A DNA stretch of 64,000 nucleotides from Prevotella sp. Lineage in GTDB: Bacteria; Bacteroidota; Bacteroidia; Bacteroidales; Bacteroidaceae. Positions 47,006-56,187 of the stretch are shown in pieces. Each line of letters begins with the position of its first letter. The first letter of the stretch is position 1. The stretch is from NCBI GenBank assembly GCA_013333935.1, contig JABCNV010000002.1:48060-112059 (forward strand), written 5' to 3'. Made by a program: the position numbers and the translations under genes. The notes under the pieces were generated by a model, which saw nothing but the letters and a program-made list of their open reading frames with translations, was not told the origin of the DNA and did not search any database.

Positions 47006-47159
47006 GTCTTTACATCGTAATCGTTTTGCCTTTACGCCGTAATCGCTTTGCCTTTACGTCGTAATCGTTCTGCCTTTACGTCGTAATCGTTCTGCCTTTA
47101 CGTCGTAATCGTCTCGTCTTTACGCTGTAATCATCTTGCCTTTACGGGCTAAAGGCAGG
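47006..47159. repeat. repeat family A, copy 3: seven head-to-tail 22-bp units (consensus GCCTTTACGTCGTAATCGTTCT)
   Basis: The tandem array is exactly periodic (47006, 47028, 47050, 47072, 47094, 47116, 47138). A further degenerate unit lies at 47204-47219. Confidence 0.85.
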
Positions 47160-47314
47160 GTTCTTATGTTGTAATGATAGCACCCTTATAGTGTCAGGGC
47201 AGGGCCTTTACGATGTAGAAGGTCTGCTACAATATAGTTTTCTTAATAATTCAGCATGGTATTTTTCTTTGTTTTTACGGCTATTTTGTCCTGATTTTTG
47301 ATAAAAGAAATAAC

Positions 47315-47356
47315 AAAAAAGCCTCTCCTGCGATAAGGTGTAGGAGAGGCTTTTCT
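47315..47356. terminator. bidirectional rho-independent terminator
   Basis: AAAAAA-GCCTCTCCT-gcgataaggtgt-AGGAGAGGC-TTTT. Confidence 0.7.
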
Positions 47357-47396
47357 ATATGTTTTACTCGAATGTGTGCGGAATTCCAGGTGCTTT

Positions 47397-47789
47397 TTAG
47401 TGTCTTTCAGGCCGAGTGAGTTCGGCATATGCCTTGTCAAAAGTCTTGGGATGATGCCCGATGAAACAGATATTCACCAGACAGTTTGCGAGAAGCTCGG
47501 CATCTGACAGGTCGACGCCTTTGTCGCGTGACAGGGTTTTGCCAAGAATCACTTCCCAAGGAGAGTCAAAATCCTTGTCTTCGGCACCCATATACGATTC
47601 GCCTGCTCGCGAACCCTGCATCAGTTTATAGCGTATGCTTTTCTTCGAAAGCACGGGATTCATCTCAAGTAACAGGTTCCAGGCTTCGCGAAGGGACTTT
47701 TCATATTGGCCTGTACCGGGGAACATGTCAACGATAATGGGCATAATCTCATCAAACTCGTATGCCTGAAAGAGATCGTATAGCATCAT
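47397..47789 (-). CDS. hypothetical protein
   Basis: 130-aa ORF with good coding appearance, immediately upstream of ribH. Confidence 0.45.
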   Translation of the reverse strand: MMLYDLFQAYEFDEIMPIIVDMFPGTGQYEKSLREAWNLLLEMNPVLSKKSIRYKLMQGSRAGESYMGAEDKDFDSPWEVILGKTLSRDKGVDLSDAELLANCLVNICFIGHHPKTFDKAYAELTRPERH

Positions 47790-47794
47790 AAGTC

Positions 47795-48271
47795 TTAGAA
47801 TTTAGCCATTTTGATAGCGTCGATTGCGCACTCGTCTCCCTTGTTTCCAAGGCTTCCGCCACAGCGATCCTGTGCTTGCTGGAGATTGTCAGTGGTGAGC
47901 AGACCATATATTACGGGAATATTCTGAACGGCATTAAGATGTGCAATGCCGTAGGTTACACCCTGACAGATGTAGTCGAAGTGCGGAGTTTCACCGCGAA
48001 TTACACTGCCTAAGATAATGACGGCATCGAAACCGTCGTTCTTGCACATCTGTTGTGCGCCGTAAATCAGTTCGAAACTGCCCGGAACACGCTTGATATG
48101 AATGTTTTCAGGCAGCGTTCCGTGCTTCTCTAAAGTTGCAACGGCACCCTGTAGCAGGGCACCGGTAATCTCTGAATTCCATTCTGAGACAACGATTCCG
48201 AAGCACATATTGCTGGCATCCGGAACGTTTGCAGGGTCGTAATCAGAAAGATGGTGAAGCACTGTAGCCAT
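47795..48271 (-). CDS. ribH: 6,7-dimethyl-8-ribityllumazine synthase
   Basis: [20 protein letters not shown]... VPGSFELIY... [17 protein letters not shown]. Confidence 0.9.
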   Translation of the reverse strand: MATVLHHLSDYDPANVPDASNMCFGIVVSEWNSEITGALLQGAVATLEKHGTLPENIHIKRVPGSFELIYGAQQMCKNDGFDAVIILGSVIRGETPHFDYICQGVTYGIAHLNAVQNIPVIYGLLTTDNLQQAQDRCGGSLGNKGDECAIDAIKMAKF

Positions 48272-48275
48272 GTTT

Positions 48276-48968
48276 CTACTTGGTTACACGTTCAATGTAT
48301 TTGTCGATATCGCCACTTTGAACGAGCGCTGAGTTAACATATTTTTTCTTGATATTCTGATAAATCTTCAGAGCTTCATCCTGCTTGTTCTGGCTTTCAA
48401 GAAGTTCGCCTGCCTGAAGCAGAAATGTTGGCGAGAGGCTGTTGCTGGCACCGTCCTTCGCTTTCGAGTCGGCCTTGCTGGCGGCATCCTTTAATTTGCT
48501 GATGGCCTTGTCAATCTGTCCGACATGTGCATACGCATTGCCGAGGGCCGCTGTGGCTGCAGGACTTACAAGTGCATCGTTCTTTGAAGAGAAGTCTTCA
48601 AGATAGTTAACTGCATCCTGCCATTTCCCAAGGTTCGCATAGCAAAGACCTGCATACAGATTGGCTAAATTTCCAGCATCGGTACTGCCGTAATCACTCG
48701 CAATTTTAACAAAACCAGCATACCCTGCACCGTCACCGTTGAGGGCTTTATCAAACTGTTCGGTCTGGAAATACTCCTGACCACGGGCAAGAGCCGTGCT
48801 TGCCTTCTCCTGACGAGGATTGCTGATAAACTCTTTATAGCATAAGAAGCCTGCTACAATAATAATAACTGCGAGGACAATTGCGGAAACTGTTTTCTTG
48901 TTTTTCTCGAGGAAAGTCTCTGACTTCAATGCGCTGTCAAAGGTTTCCTTTTCGTTTTTGTTTGCCAT
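48276..48968 (-). CDS. tetratricopeptide repeat protein (membrane-anchored)
   Basis: N-terminal TM and TPR-like repeats, in the conserved position upstream of ribH. Confidence 0.65.
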   Translation of the reverse strand: MANKNEKETFDSALKSETFLEKNKKTVSAIVLAVIIIVAGFLCYKEFISNPRQEKASTALARGQEYFQTEQFDKALNGDGAGYAGFVKIASDYGSTDAGNLANLYAGLCYANLGKWQDAVNYLEDFSSKNDALVSPAATAALGNAYAHVGQIDKAISKLKDAASKADSKAKDGASNSLSPTFLLQAGELLESQNKQDEALKIYQNIKKKYVNSALVQSGDIDKYIERVTK

Positions 48969-49079
48969 TATAATTTGATATTTTTATTATTTCCGTATAG
49001 ATGGTCGCAAAAGTAGTAATTTTATTCTATATATAGAAATTAATTACTTCCTTTTTTCTTTTTTGATTTCTAAAACAAG

Positions 49080-49087
49080 TAACTTTG
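49080..49087 (+). promoter_or_regulatory. putative -7 box TAACTTTG immediately upstream of the recF ATG (possibly a leaderless transcript)
   Basis: gTAACTTTGcacgaaATG; the box ends 6 nt before the ATG at 49094. Confidence 0.3.
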
Positions 49088-49093
49088 CACGAA

Positions 49094-50209
49094 ATGATTC
49101 TCAAGAAGATTTCCATCATCAATTATAAGAATATTCGTTCGGCTTCGCTCGATTTCTCGAATAAAATCAATTGTTTTATTGGCAGTAACGGGGTGGGGAA
49201 GACGAATGTTCTCGATGCCGTTTATTATTTATCGTTTTGTCATAGTAGTTTCACAAATATTGACAGTCAGGTGATTAACCACGATCAGGAGTTCTTTGTC
49301 ATAGAGGGAAATTTTGTGACTGATGCAGAAGGCGAGGAAAATATTTATGCGGGCATGAAGCGAGGCAAGCATAAACACTTTAAGCGTAATGGCAAAGAAT
49401 ATAAGAAATTTTCCAATCATATAGGGTTGATACCTCTTATTTTCATATCGCCGTCGGACAATAGGATTATTGATGGTGGTGGCGACGAACGGCGTAGGCT
49501 GATGGATGTGGTTATCTCCCAATATGACAGGCAATATCTTGACGCTTTGGGCCGCTATAATAAAGCTTTGCAACAGCGGAACGCTATGCTTAAATCAGAG
49601 CAGGAGCCCGATGCTTCTCTGCTTGATTTGTGGGAGCAGGAGATGGCAGATGCTGGCGAGGAGGTATACCAGAAACGGAATAATTTTGTAATGAAAATTA
49701 TTCCCGTGTTTCAGCATATTTACGAGATTATATCGGGAGGACATGAGAAGGTGTCGCTCAATTATGTATCGCATTGTCAGCGTGGCCCGCTTCTTGATGT
49801 TATCCGACGTGACCGTTTGAAAGACCGTGCAGTGGGATATAGTCTTCATGGCGTGCATCGCGACGACCTTGAAATGTTGATAGAGGGCTTTCTGATGAAG
49901 CGGGAAGGAAGTCAGGGGCAAACGAAAACGTTGGTTTTGGCCTTGAAGCTTGCACAGTTTGACTTGTTGCGACAAACTTCGTCTAACACAACGCCTTTGC
50001 TTTTGCTTGATGATATTTTCGACAAACTGGATGCAAGCCGTGTTGAACAGATTGTGAAGCTGGTTTCGGGTGACCGTTTTGGTCAGATTTTTATTACAGA
50101 TACAAATCGTGATCATCTTGATCAGATTCTGCAACACAGTAATAAGGACTATCGCTTATTCGATGTAAACGATGGGGTGATAACAGCTCGTGTATCGGGG
50201 GAAATGTAA
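49094..50209 (+). CDS. recF: DNA replication and repair protein RecF
   Basis: Walker A GSNGVGKTNVLDAVYYLS. The track ORF starts at a TTG at 49085, and the first ATG is at 49094. Confidence 0.85.
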   Translation: MILKKISIINYKNIRSASLDFSNKINCFIGSNGVGKTNVLDAVYYLSFCHSSFTNIDSQVINHDQEFFVIEGNFVTDAEGEENIYAGMKRGKHKHFKRNGKEYKKFSNHIGLIPLIFISPSDNRIIDGGGDERRRLMDVVISQYDRQYLDALGRYNKALQQRNAMLKSEQEPDASLLDLWEQEMADAGEEVYQKRNNFVMKIIPVFQHIYEIISGGHEKVSLNYVSHCQRGPLLDVIRRDRLKDRAVGYSLHGVHRDDLEMLIEGFLMKREGSQGQTKTLVLALKLAQFDLLRQTSSNTTPLLLLDDIFDKLDASRVEQIVKLVSGDRFGQIFITDTNRDHLDQILQHSNKDYRLFDVNDGVITARVSGEM

Positions 50210-50221
50210 AAATAAAACGTT

Positions 50222-50512
50222 ATGTTCAAGCGTGAGGTAAAGTCGATAAGTGATATTCTTCAGCAGTTTCTCCGTAAAGAGGGACTTGAAACTCCTTTAC
50301 AGCAGAAGCGTTTGATAGATGCATGGGAGAGCATAACTGGAGAAATGGTAGCCCGTTACACGCAAGAGAAGTTTATTAAGAATCAGATTCTATACGTTAA
50401 AATTACGAATCCGGCCTTACGTCAAGACTTGAGTATGATGCGACAACAGCTTATGCGCCGGTTAAATGAGGCCGTAGGTTCATCGGTTATCAGCGATGTG
50501 AAGATATACTGA
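50222..50512 (+). CDS. DUF721 (DciA-like) protein
   Basis: 96 aa, in the conserved position after recF. Confidence 0.65.
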   Translation: MFKREVKSISDILQQFLRKEGLETPLQQKRLIDAWESITGEMVARYTQEKFIKNQILYVKITNPALRQDLSMMRQQLMRRLNEAVGSSVISDVKIY

Positions 50513-50515
50513 TTA

Positions 50516-51076
50516 CTAATACATGTCGTGAATTATACGGTTCATTGGTATGTCGTGATGCCCGGCGGGCAACTTCTTTACCATTTGAAACTTAAAACAA
50601 ACTCCTATTTTATAAGCCTTAGGCATAAGTTTTAGCACTCTGTCATAGTATGCTTTCCCGTGCCCAAGTCGATTACCTTCTTCGTCAAAGGCCATTCCGG
50701 GTACAATTGCAAGGTCAATTGTGTCATAATTTTTGTAAGGTTCCCCGACAGGTTCGAGAATATGATATGGCCCTGCTTCAGCAAGGTTATCCTCCCCATT
50801 AAAGGGAATAAGATCTAAATGGCTGTCATCAATTACTCTGGGCAAAAGAATGGTCTTACCTTGAGCATATAATAGTTTGACAAGTTTGTGGGTATCAACC
50901 TCGTCGGACATTGAGTAGTAGAGAAAAATAGTATTGGCCTTCTGTACCTTCTCAAGATCGAGAAGTTGTAAACAGATGGATTCTGACCTGCGTTTTAGCT
51001 CTTCTTTAGAGAACTTTATTTTGCGTAACCGAATCTCTTCCCTAAGTTTCCTTTTTTGTTCATTCAGACTCTCCAT
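50516..51076 (-). CDS. 5-formyltetrahydrofolate cyclo-ligase
   Basis: Trimmed to MESLNEQKRKLREE... Carries the 5-FTHF cyclo-ligase family C-terminus (GMAFDEEGNRLGHGKAYYD). Confidence 0.75.
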   Translation of the reverse strand: MESLNEQKRKLREEIRLRKIKFSKEELKRRSESICLQLLDLEKVQKANTIFLYYSMSDEVDTHKLVKLLYAQGKTILLPRVIDDSHLDLIPFNGEDNLAEAGPYHILEPVGEPYKNYDTIDLAIVPGMAFDEEGNRLGHGKAYYDRVLKLMPKAYKIGVCFKFQMVKKLPAGHHDIPMNRIIHDMY

Positions 51077-51199
51077 GATGAGAAAGATGAAAAACCACAC
51101 TGATACTTGAGGCATGCAGCAGATTTTAGCTGGCGTTGTATCGATGTGGTTTTTCTAAAGGTGTTGTATAAAGACTATTATTGCAGTATCAGTTTATAC

Positions 51200-52870
51200 T
51201 TATCTGCGCACTTGTGCTTTGCCTGTTAATGCCCTGTGTACTGCAGGCTTTGGCCTCCGCGGGAATGCGCTGTTGCTGTGAAAAACACCTAAAGCTGCCC
51301 GAATAACTGCATCGTCAAGGTTTAGATATTCATTAAGTGCCTGTTCGTCAAGCATATTATAGATGATGCGTGCGTTAATGAATTGTTCAAGCAGCGTGTG
51401 ACTCTTCCTGATAAGTAGGTTGCGACGTTGTAATCCGCGCTTGTCGGCATAGTCGGCAAATAGTTCAACAGTGTTCTGTTTTTTCAAATAATTCGCCAAT
51501 GCAAGCATATTCTTGAAGTCTTTCATCTTTTGACGGTTGTTGTCCGTGTAAGTAAAGGCGAACTGTAAGATAAGACCATTCATAGCTGCTTCCTTATAAT
51601 AAGAGGTCATATTGGCAGTATCTTCTGGTACGAAGATGTCAGGCGTAATACCTCCACCGCCATAAACCACTCGCCCTATGCTGGTGTGGTATGCCGGTCC
51701 TGTATGTTTGATGCTGTCTTGTGAAAAGTATTCGCCATGCCTGAAACGAGAAACGAGATCTTGTGCGTATTCTGGGTCCTCTCCATCAGTATATGGCTTC
51801 TGTATACAGCGGCCGGAAGGAGTATAATATCTTGCAATGGTTAGTCGAATCATACTACCATCCGGAAACGGAATTTGTTGCTGTACAAGTCCTTTCCCGA
51901 ATGTTCTCCGCCCTATAATAGTGGCCCTGTCGTTATCTTGCATGGCTCCCGAGAAGATTTCTGCTGACGATGCCGTCCCCTCATTAACCAATACAACGAG
52001 GGGCATTGTCTGGTAAGCACCGTGTCCGTCGGAGCGATAATCTTGGCGGGGAGAGCGCCGTCCCTTCGTGTACACGATGAGCTTTTTGGCGGGTAAGAAT
52101 TCATTGGCAATCTGAACAGCACTCTGGAGGAGTCCCCCGACGTTGTCACGAAGGTCAATAACAAGATTGCTGAAACCTTGTTGCTGCAGGTTGGCCAGGG
52201 CGATGAGGACTTCCGGGTAGGTTTTTTCTCCGAAATTCTTAATCTTGATATACCCTGTATTTGAGTTGAGCATATAAGAGGCAGTTACTGTTTTGGTAGG
52301 AATTTCACCGCGTGTAACGGTATACGTCAGGAGCTTTACATGCCCATATCTCAGCACTCCTATCTTAACTTTAGAACCTTGTGGCCCTTTGAGGCGATGC
52401 ATGGCTTCCTCATTGGTTACCTGTTTGCCAATAAATTTCTTGCCGTCTACGTATACAATCTTGTCTCCTGCAAGGATACCAGCCTTTTCTGCCGGACCAT
52501 TTTTAATCACGTTTTGAACGCGAATAGTATCCTGTCGAATCGTAAATTCAATGCCAACTCCTGAGAAAGATCCTTTTAAATCGTCGGTGGCCGCCTGTAC
52601 ATCCTTTGCACTGATGTACACAGAATGGGGGTCGAGTTCTGCCAGAATTTGAGGAATGGCTTTGTCTACAAGCGAATCGATATCAACCTTGTCTACATAT
52701 TGATCATCAATAATTCTCAACAGGTTATTCAATCTGTTGCTACCATTGTTGATTACAGTTAGTCTATTGCCGGAGAAATGGTTGGCATAAAATGAGCCAA
52801 TCACAATGCCGAGAACCATACAAAGGGCCATCAGCAAGGGCATGAACCTGTTTTTATTATCGCTTTTCAT
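51200..52870 (-). CDS. S41 family carboxyl-terminal processing peptidase (Ctp)
   Basis: PDZ domain plus an S41 catalytic region (NEGTASSAEIFSGAMQDN... TFGKG). Confidence 0.85.
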   Translation of the reverse strand: MKSDNKNRFMPLLMALCMVLGIVIGSFYANHFSGNRLTVINNGSNRLNNLLRIIDDQYVDKVDIDSLVDKAIPQILAELDPHSVYISAKDVQAATDDLKGSFSGVGIEFTIRQDTIRVQNVIKNGPAEKAGILAGDKIVYVDGKKFIGKQVTNEEAMHRLKGPQGSKVKIGVLRYGHVKLLTYTVTRGEIPTKTVTASYMLNSNTGYIKIKNFGEKTYPEVLIALANLQQQGFSNLVIDLRDNVGGLLQSAVQIANEFLPAKKLIVYTKGRRSPRQDYRSDGHGAYQTMPLVVLVNEGTASSAEIFSGAMQDNDRATIIGRRTFGKGLVQQQIPFPDGSMIRLTIARYYTPSGRCIQKPYTDGEDPEYAQDLVSRFRHGEYFSQDSIKHTGPAYHTSIGRVVYGGGGITPDIFVPEDTANMTSYYKEAAMNGLILQFAFTYTDNNRQKMKDFKNMLALANYLKKQNTVELFADYADKRGLQRRNLLIRKSHTLLEQFINARIIYNMLDEQALNEYLNLDDAVIRAALGVFHSNSAFPRRPKPAVHRALTGKAQVRR

Positions 52871-52921
52871 CTTTTTCTTAAACTATACTAACGTCATTCT
52901 TCAAACTCTTTCTCTCTTGTC

Positions 52922-53374
52922 TTAACTTTTCGCTTCCGATATGATCTCGTTCATGTCAAGGAATTCTACGTTAACACCGGCGCGCAAGAGAAGCTGTATG
53001 CCATCATCGAGCCTGTATTTCTCACCGTATACAACGCGTTTGATGCCTGATTGTATAATCAGTTTTGCACATTCAATACAGGGAGAAGCCGTGACATACA
53101 AAGTCGCACCATCGCTGTTGTTATGTGAGCGTGCCAACTTTGTGATGGCATTAGCCTCAGCGTGCAACACGTAGGGGCGCGTAACATTGTTCTCGTCTTC
53201 GCAAACGTTCTCGAAGCCACTGGGTGTACCGTTAAAGCCGTCGCTGATAATCATCTTGTCTTTAACAACAAGGGCACCAACTTGACGCCGTTTGCAATAT
53301 GAGTTTTCAGCCCAAATGTGTGCCATTCGCAGGTAGCGCTCGTCAAGTTTCTTGAGTTTGTCTTCTGATTCCAT
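52922..53374 (-). CDS. dCMP deaminase (cytidine/deoxycytidylate deaminase family)
   Basis: HAEANAI and PCIECAKLI zinc motifs. Confidence 0.85.
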   Translation of the reverse strand: MESEDKLKKLDERYLRMAHIWAENSYCKRRQVGALVVKDKMIISDGFNGTPSGFENVCEDENNVTRPYVLHAEANAITKLARSHNNSDGATLYVTASPCIECAKLIIQSGIKRVVYGEKYRLDDGIQLLLRAGVNVEFLDMNEIISEAKS

Positions 53375-55424
53375 TTCTTTCCAATAAAGCTTCTATTGTA
53401 GGCTCCTGACCACGAAAGCGCTTGTAAAGCGTCATGGGATGCTCTGTTCCACCACGCGAAAGGATGTTGTCGCGAAACGATTGTGCTGTCTTCTGGTCAA
53501 AAATACCATTCTTTTTGAATACACTGAAAGCGTCAGCGTCAAGAACTTCAGCCCATTTGTAACTGTAATAACCGGCTGCATACCCTCCTGCCATAATGTG
53601 TGAGAACTGCACGGTCATACAGGTATTTGGTAACTGTTCGGTGATAATGGCTTTCTTCCATGCCTTTTTCTCGAAAGGAATAATATCTTCTGTGAATTCC
53701 TTTGTCTGTGTATAATACGCCATATCAAGCAGCCCGAAGCTTACCTGACGAAGACATGCACTGGCTACATTGAAGTTACGGCTCTTGACGATGCGCTCAA
53801 TTAGCTCATCAGGGAGTGGTTCTCCCGTTTTATAATGGGTGGCAAAGGTGCAAAGAAAGTCCTTCTCTACAGCGTAGTTCTCCATGAATTGTGATGGCAT
53901 TTCTACGAAATCCCACCAAACGTTTGTGCCAGAAAGACTTTCAAACCTGCTGTTTGCCAACATACCGCGCAGCGAATTGCCGAATTCATGCAGGAAAGTC
54001 TCAACCTCTCCCAAGGTCAATAGTGCCGGTTTTTGGTCTGTGGGCTTGGTAAAGTTTGTCACAACACTGACATGAGGACGAATGTTCTTGCCTTCCTTAT
54101 TAATATATTGGCCTTGGAATTCTGTCATCCAGGCACCGCCTTGCTTACCTTCTCGCGGATAGAAATCGGCATAGAAAACTGCTAAATAGCTACCATCTTT
54201 ATCGAACACTTCATAAGCTTTTACGTCGGGATGGTACACGGGGATGTCTTTATTCTCCTTAAATGTAATACCATATAGCTTTGTTGCCAATCCGAAAACG
54301 CCCTGTATCACCTTGTTGAGTTGGAAGTAAGGACGCAACATTTCTGCATCAAGGTTATACTTTTCCATTTGCAGTTTATGCGAATAAAAGCCTAAATCCC
54401 AGGGCTGAACATGGAAATCGGTACCTTCCATCGCCTTAGCTTTTGCTTCTATTGCTTTCACTTCTTCAATGGCGGTGGGCTTATAAGCATCAATTAAGTC
54501 GTCAAGAAGCTTGTAAACATTGGCTGTTGTGCTTGCCATCCTGTGTTTTAAGACATATTCAGCATAGGTATTGAAGCCTAATAATTGGGCTATTTCGCGC
54601 CTTATATTGATAAGACGTTTACATATCTCAAGGTTGTTTTGCTCATTGTTGTGTGTACATTCGGTATTCCGCGCCATATACATTTTTTCTCTCAAATCGC
54701 GCTGAGTAGAGTATGTCATGAACGGAGAGTAGCTGGGATAATCAAGCGTGAAGACCCATCCCTCAAGTTTTTTTTCTTTCGCTGTTTGTGCAGCGGCTTC
54801 TACTGCAGTATCGGGAAGTCCGCTTAATTGGTTTTTATCAGTAATATGCAGCGTAAAAGCCTTATTCTCTTTCAGAAGATTTTGCGAGAATTGTAGCGAT
54901 AACATGCCAGCCTCTTCTGTAAGTTTGCGTAACAGCTCCTTGCCTTTCTCATCTAAAAGTGCACCACTGCGTACGAAAGCATCATACTCTTTGTCAAGTA
55001 ACATTTGCTCTTCGGGTGTCAGCTTACGGTGATGGTTGTATACGGCTTTCACCTTTGCGAAGAGTTTCGGATTAAGCACAATGTCGTTCTCGTGCTTGGT
55101 AAGTATTGGACTTAACTTTTGTGCAAGAGCTTCCATGTGCTCATTAGTCTCTGCACTCATGAGGCATGAGAATACATTTGACACCCTGTCAAGGAGATCA
55201 TAATAGTGTTCTCCTTTCGAGTTGTCTTCTACAGCGATGGTATTGTCAAATGTGGGTTCTTCAGGATTATTGATGATTTTATCTATTGCCTCATTGTCGC
55301 GGCGCATGCCTTCCATAAAGGCCTCTTCATAATCATCAAAGCTTATCTTGTTAAAGGGAACGGTATTGTGAAGTGTACCGTAAGGCTCCATGAAAGGGTT
55401 CTTTCTTTCTTGGGGTATATTCAT
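53343..55424 (-). CDS. M3 family metallopeptidase (peptidyl-dipeptidase Dcp/oligopeptidase A-like) with HEFGN in place of HEXXH
   Basis: 693 aa, M3-like throughout. The zinc motif reads FLHEFGNSLRGM... FVEMPSQ (Asn codon AAT at 53976-53978, minus strand). Confidence 0.8.
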   Translation of the reverse strand: MNIPQERKNPFMEPYGTLHNTVPFNKISFDDYEEAFMEGMRRDNEAIDKIINNPEEPTFDNTIAVEDNSKGEHYYDLLDRVSNVFSCLMSAETNEHMEALAQKLSPILTKHENDIVLNPKLFAKVKAVYNHHRKLTPEEQMLLDKEYDAFVRSGALLDEKGKELLRKLTEEAGMLSLQFSQNLLKENKAFTLHITDKNQLSGLPDTAVEAAAQTAKEKKLEGWVFTLDYPSYSPFMTYSTQRDLREKMYMARNTECTHNNEQNNLEICKRLINIRREIAQLLGFNTYAEYVLKHRMASTTANVYKLLDDLIDAYKPTAIEEVKAIEAKAKAMEGTDFHVQPWDLGFYSHKLQMEKYNLDAEMLRPYFQLNKVIQGVFGLATKLYGITFKENKDIPVYHPDVKAYEVFDKDGSYLAVFYADFYPREGKQGGAWMTEFQGQYINKEGKNIRPHVSVVTNFTKPTDQKPALLTLGEVETFLHEFGNSLRGMLANSRFESLSGTNVWWDFVEMPSQFMENYAVEKDFLCTFATHYKTGEPLPDELIERIVKSRNFNVASACLRQVSFGLLDMAYYTQTKEFTEDIIPFEKKAWKKAIITEQLPNTCMTVQFSHIMAGGYAAGYYSYKWAEVLDADAFSVFKKNGIFDQKTAQSFRDNILSRGGTEHPMTLYKRFRGQEPTIEALLERNGIRRQTQET

Positions 55425-55501
55425 GCTTATGCTTTCTCTATATGTTTATGCAAAGATAGCAAAAAGATTGAATACCCTTCGGCGAATAAGTAAAATTTAA
55501 C

Positions 55502-56182
55502 TTATCTTGCAGCAGCTATTAGTTTCTCGAGCGCACCAATGTTGATTTGTCCCCGGCTAAGGGTTATCAACCTTTTTCCCTGCAGCATATTCAGCTCTCT
55601 TGAAATAGACAGCCGACTTGTGTGTAACTTGTGCGCAAGATACTGCATTTTTATCTTGAATATTTTTTTGCCGGCAGGGTATGTACAGCGTGTGGTTACA
55701 AACCGAATTATGTCTTGTGTCAGCCCTTTTGGCATTGCCTGCCACGGCTCGTGCGCTCTTTTCTGCAGGGCCGTAGAGATGAGACTAAGAAGGTTCAGCC
55801 TGAAGATAAACGAGTTAGATGCCAAATTCAGTACCTCGTTCTTGTCAAGAATAATGAAGTTGCAGGGCGTAGTGGCTTTATATGTTCGGGTAAATACCTG
55901 CATGCGACCGAATATTCCGTCAACCTGCAGGGGCATAGGGGCCGAAAGATATTCGTGAACTTCATATGAATAATCGTCTGCCGAGGCTATGGTTTCTACA
56001 GTTCCGTCAATAAGCATTACCAGAAAACCGCATTTGTCACCCTGCCTAAGCATAACCTCTCCTGCAGCAACTTTCTTGAAATTAAACTTAGTCTTGCTGA
56101 CAATCAGCTCCAGTTCGTGTCTGCTCATGCCCATAAACAGGGGTATGCTGGTAAGCTTATCATACAGTCCGAACCGTTCCAT
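55502..56182 (-). CDS. Crp/Fnr family transcriptional regulator
   Basis: cNMP-binding-like domain plus a C-terminal HTH (SRLSISRELNMLQGKRLITL). Trimmed to MERFGLY to avoid overlap with apbE. Confidence 0.6.
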   Translation of the reverse strand: MERFGLYDKLTSIPLFMGMSRHELELIVSKTKFNFKKVAAGEVMLRQGDKCGFLVMLIDGTVETIASADDYSYEVHEYLSAPMPLQVDGIFGRMQVFTRTYKATTPCNFIILDKNEVLNLASNSFIFRLNLLSLISTALQKRAHEPWQAMPKGLTQDIIRFVTTRCTYPAGKKIFKIKMQYLAHKLHTSRLSISRELNMLQGKRLITLSRGQINIGALEKLIAAAR

Positions 56183-56187
56183 AGCGT

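Noticed and set aside
46985-47220. Possible CRISPR array, from the regularly spaced 22-bp direct repeats
   Set aside because: The units are contiguous, with no unique spacers between them, and are degenerate. No cas genes are present. This is a minisatellite-like tandem repeat, not a CRISPR.
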